In this document: positions 36,049-44,650 of the stretch, piece by piece
Numbering within the stretch: position 1 is the first letter of the stretch
How the letters are laid out: each line of letters begins with the position of its first letter
Assembly: GCF_001194135.2 (NCBI RefSeq)
Contig: NC_069001.1
Coordinates: 18,774,850 to 18,819,499, forward strand
Origin: Octopus bimaculoides
Lineage: Eukaryota
DNA: 44,650 nucleotides
Direction: 5' to 3'
Translations under genes and position numbers: made by a program
The notes under the pieces: generated by a model
Databases searched by the model: none
Seen by the model: the letters and a program-made list of their open reading frames with translations, nothing else
What the model was told of the DNA's origin: nothing

Positions 36049-37849
36049 TACATAACTCCTCATCTCTTAAAATATAAAACTGTAGTATTCAAACTTGCAC
36101 ACCACATTACTTTCATCACTTTCTTGTGTTGCTATCTTTCTTTTATCTAACTTGTATGGTTAAACTCATAAATATGCTCCTTCAAGGCAAGATGCTGGGT
36201 TGTACAACAAGTCATAGCTCCACTCAATCAGAGAAGAACTTGGGTCACACTGCCACTAAATTATAATTACTGGAACTTTCGGTCAGGTACAGTCTGTAGT
36301 TGGGGATTTCCCATCACTATTCGGTTCACAGTTAAAAAGTTCAACCATGCTCTGTCACTGTTCATTTAGCAGCTGTCTCTCATAACAAGTCAATCCACAG
36401 TTCAACCATGCTCCATTACTGTTTAATTCACTATTGAATCATGTCTGTCACATATGTTTCAACTTCCTTGCAAATATTTCTAAACAGATAGCATCAGCTG
36501 CGATCTACAGGATGTCAACACCATTGTTAGAAGTGGGTACAACATTGAGAACCCTGTGGAAATAACAACAGACAACTACTTCAATTTACTCTCAATTTCA
36601 TCTCACTGTTGTGTAAGAAAAGCCTGAAAGTCTGTTATAAAGGCAAGTCTTCACAATTTCTGATAATTTTTCATTGAAAACCTGCAGGTATAACATTGCC
36701 AGAACTACATTGCAAAAATTATGGAAAATCTTAAAATTAGAGAATGGAACACTGATAGATAATGTAGTTGTATGCAGATACCCTTAAAAAAACAGTAATG
36801 GATGGAAAGGGGAATGTTTTTGATAATAGGTCTGCTTTATCAGTTTGACATGAGATCAAGCAGTTACAACATTTTAAAACCTTTGTTGGCCCTTTTGAAC
36901 CCCATATGTGACTTTACATTAATACATAAGAGCACTAAACTTACATTAAATGATATATGAGCAATACATTTATACCAATCTGGGATATGCTACACATAAC
37001 TGAGATATGCTACTGTTTCAAACACTGAGATCTATAAGATGACTAAATGTGTCATGTCTGAAAAAAAAAAAAGATAAAATTGAAAGTCTGTTATTGTCAA
37101 GGCTAGAATGTCTTTGATGGGGATCTACTGGAAAAAAAGAGGTTTTGAATAGCTGAATAGTTTACATGTTCTTTTCATAAACACATGGTCCCAGATTTGG
37201 TCTCTCTGTGTCATAGTGTCTTGGGTAAGGTCTTAAGTTGATCTATATCTTGTGAGTGGAAGCCAGTGTGCTTTCATTTCATTGAAAGGGCATCAGCTTC
37301 TCAGATCCTTTGCTCTGGCTTACCCCCTTCTGCTGCACTGAGTTACAAACACTCTCGTCACTCACACCACCCTAAATATTCTGAAGTTCTGATTGGTGTA
37401 TTAGAAGCTGGCAACCCTAATGTTTACTAATTACAATATAAAAAAAAAAATTTTAATACCATACCAAAATTTTTGGGAACCTGGTGTGTTATTAATTATA
37501 TCTAATAAATTATTAGCTGTTATTGTTTAGCCTAAAGTCAGGCCTGATCCTGAGCTGTTAATCTATGGAGTTCAACAATGAAAATTCAGTTCAACAGGCT
37601 TCCACACAGTTCCGCTCACAATTCCACTCACAAGATGCAGGTAAACTTAAGACTCTAGAAAATGACATTAGCCCAAGATACTATGACAGAAAGACCAAAT
37701 CTGGGACCATGTGTTTATGAAAGGATCATGTAAACTATAACACACTCCTTTTTTTCTCTCTCCTCTTTCCCTTCCTCTTCTGTTGAAGATTTTTTGCTCT
37801 TCATTCTCTTGCCATTATTTGATTGCCATGTACCTTCTGATTTGTCTTT

Positions 37850-38058
37850 TATCTTTTATTTGTTTCACTCATTCAACTGTGGCCATGTTGGGGCACCGCC
37901 TTGAACAATTTTAGGTGAATAAATTGACACCAGTACTTATTTATTTTTTTAAGACTGATATTTATTCTATAGGCTTATTTTTTGAACTGCTAAGTTACAG
38001 GAACATAAACACACCGATACTAGCTAGTTGTCAAGCGGTGGTAGGGGACAGGCACAAA

Positions 38059-38119
<61 letters not shown>

Positions 38120-38289
38120 ATATTTTACATGACTGATTTCTTTCCACTTCCTTCTACCAAATCTACTCACAAAGCTTTGGTTGGCCCGAGGTTATAGTAG
38201 AAGATACTTGCCCAAAGTGCCATGTAGTGGGACTGAACCCGGAACGATTTGGTTACGAAGCAAACTTCTTGCTACTCAATCATGTCTGC
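37850..38289 (-). mobile_element. tRNA-derived SINE (family A) with expanded internal (CA)n
   Basis: Homologous to 23-414. Confidence 0.9.
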
Positions 38290-38546
38290 TCTTATTTCTT
38301 GGTATTCCCATTTACATATAACCCAGTTCCCCATTTTATATCAAGTGTGCTCTCTCTGTCTGTCTTGTCTGTCTCTCTTTTATTTAGTAACCTTATCACA
38401 ATATCTACTAGCCAGCTACATATCTTAAATAACTCTTAATCTCCAATGAGATGGGTTATTTTTTTTTTTTCAGAAACACAAATGGCCTTGTCCTTTATTT
38501 TTTATGGTTTTAGAGATAGTATTACTGAGTTTGTGTTTTTGTCCAT

Positions 38547-39097
38547 TGTGCCTTTCATCCTTTCGGGATCAATGAAATAAGTACCAGTTACACACTGGGG
38601 TCGATGTAATCAATTTGTTCCCTCCCCACAAAATTTCAGGCCTTGTGCTTTTGTAGAAAAGATTATTATTATCGTTAAGGTGGCAAGCTGGCAAAATCGT
38701 TAGCACGTTGGGCAAAATGCTTACCAGCATTTTGTTTATCTTTGCATTCTAAGTTCAAATTCAGCCAAAGTTGACTTCACTTTTCATACTTTTGGGGTCA
38801 ATGAAATAAGTACCAGTTGAGCACTGGGGTAAATGAAATTGACTTAACCCCTCCCCCAAAATTGTTGGCCTTGTGCCAAAATTTGAAATCATCATTGTTA
38901 TTATTATTATTAAGAAGGCAGCGAGTTGGCACAATGGTTACTGCACTGAACAGTATTCATCTGTCTTTGTTCTGAATTCAAATTCTGCTGAGGTCAGTTT
39001 GGCCTTTCATACTTTCAGGGTCAATAAAATAAGTATTGGGGTTGAGGAATTCAACTCGTCCCCTTCCTCCAAATTTCAGACCTTTTGCTTATAGTAG

Positions 39098-39135
<38 letters not shown>

Positions 39136-39488
39136 GGTGGTGAGCTGGCAGAATTGTTAGCATGATGGGCAAAATGCTTAGTGACATTTTGTCTGTCTTT
39201 CTATTCTGAGTTCAAATTCTGCCAAGGTCGACTTTGCCTTTCATCCTTTCAGGGTCGATAAATTAAGTACCAGTGAAATACTGGAGTTGATGTGATCAAC
39301 TAGCCCCTTTTCCTGAAATTTTAGGCCTTGTGCCTTTAGTAGAAAGGATTATTATTATTATGTGATTTTGCCTTTCATCCTTTCAGGGTAGATGGAATAA
39401 GTACCAGTTGAACTCTGGGGTTGATGTAATTGACTTACTCCTCCTACTGGCTTTGTGCCAAAATTTCAAACCATTATTATTATTGCTA
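38547..39488 (+). mobile_element. Head-to-tail chain of five family-B SINE copies separated by (ATT)n tails
   Basis: Units about 38547-38671 (5'-truncated), 38676-38910, 38911-39132, 39133-39361, 39362-39488 (5'-truncated), each with CTTTCAT(C/A)CTTT..GG..AAGTA. Confidence 0.9.
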
Positions 39489-39710
39489 TGAAGGTGTGTG
39501 GTTTTGGTGTTGCACTCATGATTGCTAGATGATGAGTTCAATTCCCAGATCTAGCAGTGCATTGTGTTCTTGAGCAGAACACTACATTTCACGTTGCTCT
39601 ATAATCATTTTGACATCTGACATGTGGCACACTTGTGCACTTGTACAGCGATGTCAATTTGATGGAGGGAATGAACACATACAAATCATTTGTGCAGGTC
39701 ATTCAGCAAA
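39489..39710 (+). mobile_element. tRNA-derived SINE (third family)
   Basis: B-box-like GAGTTCAATTCCC, then TGTGTTCTTGAGCAGAACACTACATTTCACGTTGCTC. Confidence 0.65.
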
Positions 39711-40875
39711 AACTAAACACTTATATGTTGTCTTTGATGGGAGAGTCCATCATCATTATTATTGTTATTATTACTTTTATAGTCATAGTTAACTATTCCT
39801 CACCCCATTGAAACATTTATTTTCATTTTTTTTGTACACTGTCACTTTCCATTGTTATGTTTTTTAAATTTTTCATCACCACCATTTTTGTAATTTCTCC
39901 TTATACTGTCACCCTCCTTATTCCTTGCACTTGTGGCAAATAAATTATTATTAAAGGACTGGATGAATGAATGAATGAATGAATAGAGAGAAGAAAGAAA
40001 GAAACCAAGCAAAACAATGAAAAAAAAGCAAAGGAAGCAAAACCAGCACCAAAATAGAAAACTAGCCAAACCTGGAAATAAGTTGTCTCAAGTGAGACTG
40101 TATAAAAGTGAGGCTGATAATAAGAGAGAAAATAGCAACTAGCATGGGACATTTTTCACTTCATCAAGATTTGTAAATTAGATTCTGAAAACTGGAAAGC
40201 AAGAAAGAGTGGAAGGAAAGAAAAAAGGAAATAATTCTACAGCTTACATATCACATGATAATATTCCTTGTAGATCTCTGGGTTTTTTTTTTCTTTTCTG
40301 TTTTATTCTCTTTATAATGATTTCTCTGAAACCAATTCCATGTTAGTTTAAGAATGGCTGTAAGTTCTACAGAATATGGACATTTTTGTTTTTTAAAAGG
40401 AAATGTTAGCACATAAAGGAGAAGTGTCATTTTAATGTAAAGAATGGTCTGTGAAACAGTTGTTGCTGTTTGGAACAGTTTTTCCTTTTCATGCAAGTCT
40501 TTGTGGGTGAGGATGGGTGAGGTAAGGTAGAAAAGATGGATGCATTGGAAGGATCACCTTGGACATAGTGGTGGTATATCCACAGTCTGTGTCTGTCATT
40601 CAGTCAAGTGTGGCCACTCACACTTGAGTGACAGTATAATCTTAAGATTTCTGGCTTAGATGAGAATCAAACAGCAAAGATTCTGGAATACAGAGTTTGG
40701 TTTAATGAGATGGCACCAGAGAACATTTAATAGGTCAAGATCAACAGCAACAATGTAATTAAAATGACAAGAATGCCAAGGAGAAAGCTCTCCCTCCCCA
40801 CTCATTGTTTTCTATGTAGTCATATGACCTGTTAACATTAGCAACCAAATACCATCATATGAAACAAAAGGAAGG

Positions 40876-41099
40876 ACATCTTGGATGTGACACTTGTCTT
40901 TATATATTTTTATATCCTTGCGTTTGGATATGTGATTTAATGAAGCAAAGGTAAAGCAATGCATTCACATGATGTACTTCGACTATCGCTATGTGAGACT
41001 CCAAATGCCCATTGTCATCTCAACAATAACATTACTCTTTATAAGAGTTTGATGAGTCCATCTTTTAGTGACACAGGGGTGTTCATGTCTATCACCACA
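40876..41099 (-). repeat. 3' LTR (left boundary approximate)
   Basis: Aligns to 44018-44241 at roughly 75% identity by eye. Confidence 0.85.
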
Positions 41100-41297
41100 T
41101 CTCTTTTGAGATTGACTTCCGTTGGAAGTGAATAAAATTTTCCTTTTTTTTTCTGCATCTCCCTTTTGAGATTTACTTCCCTTGAAGCTTAATATTTTTT
41201 CATTTTGGAACTACCTCCAACAATTCCATGTTTTCTCTTTCTTATATTGGTATGCCTTTGTTCGATAATTTCATGCAGAGTCAGCACATAAAAAATA

Positions 41298-42300
41298 TCA
41301 TAGAGAACTTCCATGGGTACTTCTTTCCTTGTAACTCTTTCTTCGGCAAACCTTTTTCAGCTGATGTATGTGACTTTTATGTTCCCATTTTGAACCTTTC
41401 ACCATGTATGTCATTTTACTGATCTGTTTTATTATTTTGCTGTCTTCCCAATCTTCTTTTCCATTTCTGTACACTCTGGAAAACACATTGTCACCGGTTT
41501 TTAAATACTTGGTCATATTTTTAGTGTTTTCTCTAGTTTTTATTTTTCTTCCAGATAAAAACTTGTCAAAAACTGAGCTAATTTTTCTTGTGAACATCAG
41601 TTCAGCAGGTGACATGCGTGAAGGGATATTTGGGCTTGGCATTACATAGTAAACTTTCAGGAATTGTATCAATGCTATATCATCCACTAACTCATTTCTG
41701 GATTTCCTTAGCGCTCTTTTGAATGTGTCCACAAAGCATTCTGCTTGTCCGTTCAATCTTAGGTGATAATGGAGAAGAAGTGATTGAAAACATCTTGCAA
41801 AAATTCGTAAGTTCATTCGCTGTAAATTGTGTACTGTTATTGGGAACTATGGTATCTGAGACGCTATACCTTGCAAAAGGTTTGTGTAGAAAATCCACTG
41901 TTACTATGAGATCAGTTTTCTACATTTACACATTTCTGGTCATTTTGTAAAGGTATCTACCACTATTAAATAATATGATCTGTTTAATGATCCTGCGAAG
42001 TCTATGTGTAGCCTGGAATATCGATCTTGGGCCAAGGTTGAAATTTTATAGGTGGTGATTTTGCTGCAAGGGCACAACCTCTGCAGGATTTTACTAACTT
42101 CTCAATGTCTAGATCCAATTTTAGCCAGTAAACATAACTCCTCAGAAGTGACTTCATCCTAGAAATTCTTGGATGTCCAGTGTGGAATTCCTTTAACATT
42201 CGATTTTGTTGTGAGACAGGCATTCTGACCCTCTGTGCATATATAGGCACATTATCACATATTGAATACAAATTCGAAACTGTTACATCCAGCTGCACAT
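41298..42300 (-). pseudogene. Gypsy integrase (H2C2 zinc finger plus core), frameshifted
   Basis: EFHTGHPRISRMKSLLRSYVYW..CRGC; TIVPNNSTQFTANE; NGQAECFVDTFKRAL; SPAELMF. Confidence 0.9.
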
Positions 42301-42465
42301 ATTTTTTTTTATGTTTCTTCTGATCTCACTATTTTTTTCATTTTCATGATAAAGTTGTCTATCTCTGCCTTAATTTTTATTTCCTCCAATGTGACAGGCA
42401 ATTCATGCACTACTATTATATTTTCAGCTCTTAACATCACTATCACTGTCTTCTAGTGGTTCACT

Positions 42466-43688
42466 TTATTTTGGTATTAACCTTGACAAACAGTCTGCAT
42501 GTCCCAATTTTTTAGATGGTAAATACTCCATCTTGAAGTCATAATTTAGTAGGTTTACTCCCCAGTGCTGCAATCTGTTGGCTGTGTGTGGGGGGGATAT
42601 CCTTTTTTGGTCTATAGATTGACAATAATGGGTGGTGGTCTGTCTGCAAATGAAATCTTCCATGTATAAATTTATGGAATTTCTTTACCACAAATATGAT
42701 NNNNNNNNNNNNNNNNNNNNNNNNNNNNNNNNNNNNNNNNNNNNNNNNNNNNNNNNNNNNNNNNNNNNNNNNNNNNNNNNNNNNNNNNNNNNNNNNNNNN
42801 NNNNNNNNNNNNNNNNNNNNNNNNNNNNNNNNNNNNNNNNNNNNNNNNNNNNNNNNNNNNNNNNNNNNNNNNNNNNNNNNNNNNNNNNNNNNNNNNNNNN
42901 NNNNNNNNNNNNNNNNNNNNNNNNNNNNNNNNNNNNNNNNNNNNNNNNNNNNNNNNNNNNNNNNNNNNNNNNNNNNNNNNNNNNNNNNNNNNNNNNNNNN
43001 NNNNNNNNNNNNNNNNNNNNNNNNNNNNNNNNNNNNNNNNNNNNNNNNNNNNTGTCGAGGGAGGCATATTTTTTTTATTGCACTCACCCTAGATGGGTCT
43101 GGTCTGCATCCATTTTCATTGATAATCTGCCCTAGATATTTTATTCTTGGCACAAAAGATTCACACTTTTTTTTATTGCGCTTAAAACCACAATCTTTTA
43201 ATTTTTTTCAAAGCCCTTATTAACCTGCTCAGCATGCTGACCATGAGATTCACTTTTTATGAGTATGTTGTCAAAGTATTGCAAAATCCAAACCTGCGAG
43301 CATAGGGTCCATAATTTGTTGGAAAATGCCTGGTGCTATCTTTATACCAAAAGAAAGTCAATTAAATTTATACAATCCTGTATGGGCATTTATCGTTAAT
43401 AATTTTGAACATTCTTCATCAACTTGTACATATAGGTATGCTTCAGATCAGTCCAATTTTGAAAAAAATAATTTCCTCCATTCAACTTCACGAAAATTTC
43501 TTCTGGACTTGGTAATGGGTAATTATATGACATTTAACCTTGTTGAAAAATTAGCACAGATTCTATTATTTATTTTCTTGACAAAGCTGTTGGGGACACC
43601 CATTTAGCATAATCAGTTTTTTTCAATGACTCTAAGCTTTTCAAGTCTATTCAGTTCTTCGTTGACTTGTTTGAATGCTGCGAAAAGT
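42466..43688 (-). pseudogene. Gypsy reverse transcriptase and RNase H, disrupted and partly in a gap
   Basis: VNEELNRLEKL..KWVSP, FSKLD*SEAY, SFGIKIAPGIFQ, YFDNIL (decayed YLDD, about 43268-43279), KYLGQII, LQTDHHPL, RLQHWG..ADCLSRL. Confidence 0.9.
42701..43052. other. Assembly gap
   Basis: N run. Confidence 1.
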
Positions 43689-43689
43689 A

Positions 43690-43948
43690 CAATAATATTT
43701 TTTGTATTTGGCAGGGGATAACTTTCTTAAAAGTAGTCGCACTTTCTTCTTGGTCCAATTTCTACATTCTTCTTCATGTCTTCATATCTTCGAAAATATG
43801 CAGAGAAAATAATACCTTCTTCTGGGCTATAAATGAATTCTCCAATTAAGTTTGCTACACCGTCTGGCATGAATGACCCTGAAATACTTTCAGACTTCTT
43901 CAACATTAATTCCAGCAACTGTTGTTGTAGTTGCAGCTGCTGTTGCAA
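43690..43948 (-). pseudogene. Gypsy gag N-terminal fragment
   Basis: QQQLQLQQQ..EFIYSPEEGIIFSAYFRRYED then WTKKKVRLLLRKL, typical of K02A2.6-like invertebrate Gypsy gag. Confidence 0.75.
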
Positions 43949-44017
43949 CTATACCACGCAGGACAATAAATTCTTCATGTTAACGATTTTTCTTTGGTTT
44001 CATACCCCAAAATTTTA

Positions 44018-44241
44018 ACATCTGATGCAAGCTTCAAATAGCTTATTGCCACTTTTATATCTTTGTGTTTGGATATATGATTTAATGAAGTAGAGGTTAA
44101 GTAATGTATTCACCCGATGTACTTTGACTACTGCCACATGAGACTCCAATGCCCTCTGTCGTTTCATTGATAACGTTACTCTATAAGAGTTCAACAAGGC
44201 CATCCTTTATTCACGCATGAGTGTTAATGTCTATCACCACA
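44018..44241 (-). repeat. 5' LTR (left boundary approximate)
   Basis: Aligns to 40876-41099. Confidence 0.85.
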
Positions 44242-44291
44242 ACATATTTATATGTGTGTGTATACATACATACATATATATATATATATAT

Positions 44292-44650
44292 CCCAACATT
44301 CAATTCACTATGGAATTCAGCAAACATCATCTCCCTTTTCTTGATCTCTTAATTATAAAAACACCTAATAACCAAATCACAACCGACATCTACCACAAAC
44401 CTACAGACTCACAACAATACCTCCTTTTTAGCTCATGCCACCCAAAACACACCAAGATAAATATCCCCTTTAATTTAGCTAAAAGAATTTGCACCATTGT
44501 CTCTGACCCAACCACTCGAGAAATACACTTACAAGATCTCAAAAAAACACTGTTACAACGCCAATATCCCTCCACACTCATAGATCTTGGAATAAAACGT
44601 GCCAAGGAACTTGACAAAAACACACTAAAAACCAACCAACATAATAACAC
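44292..44650 (+). mobile_element. 5'-truncated Penelope-like element: RT C-terminus/thumb frame open to the window edge
   Basis: PNIQFTMEFSKHHLPFLDLLIIK..TDIYHKPTDSQQYLLFSSCHPKHTKINIPFNLAKRICTIVS..QYP; no stop before 44650. Confidence 0.9.

Larger units (their letters stand above)
40876..44241 (-). mobile_element. Decayed Ty3/Gypsy LTR retrotransposon with both LTRs
   Basis: Direct repeats at both ends starting TGTGGTGATAGAC on the minus strand; gag-RT-RNaseH-integrase order; PPT-like purine run next to the 3' LTR. Confidence 0.92.

Noticed and set aside
36335-36415. Short direct repeat AGTTCAACCATGCTC twice
   Set aside because: 15 bp, no further structure; likely a local duplication in an old repeat.
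38547-39488. Regularly spaced repeats suggesting a CRISPR-like array
   Set aside because: Units are 120-230 bp diverged SINEs with ATT tails; no short identical repeats, spacers or cas genes, and the DNA is eukaryotic.

Overview
AT-rich, repeat-dense eukaryotic DNA from a draft assembly (large N gaps at 7133-7785, 32751-33514 and 42701-43052, plus several small ones). The SINE and RTE families look to me like those of an octopus (coleoid cephalopod) genome; that is recognition, not a search result. No prokaryotic features, CRISPR arrays, rRNA or true tRNA genes are supported. Almost all ORFs in the supplied track are microsatellite, N-run or antisense artefacts. The window is mostly degenerate transposable elements: two Tc1/mariner derivatives, hAT and pogo MITEs, three RTE LINE remnants, a HERO-like (R2-group) RT remnant, a Tol2-like hAT transposase C-terminal frame, a decayed Ty3/Gypsy element with both LTRs, a Penelope RT fragment at the right edge (missed by the track), and many tRNA-derived SINEs. 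The only host-gene candidate is a possible signal-peptide first exon at 17994/18021-18078. I found no clearly new biological system. The best second-look items are two long fold-backs carrying hammerhead-ribozyme cores (1132-1630, 35691-36048), the open-frame Tol2-like hAT piece, the candidate first exon, a PHD-like finger inside an RTE ORF, and a head-to-tail SINE chain. All identities were judged by eye.
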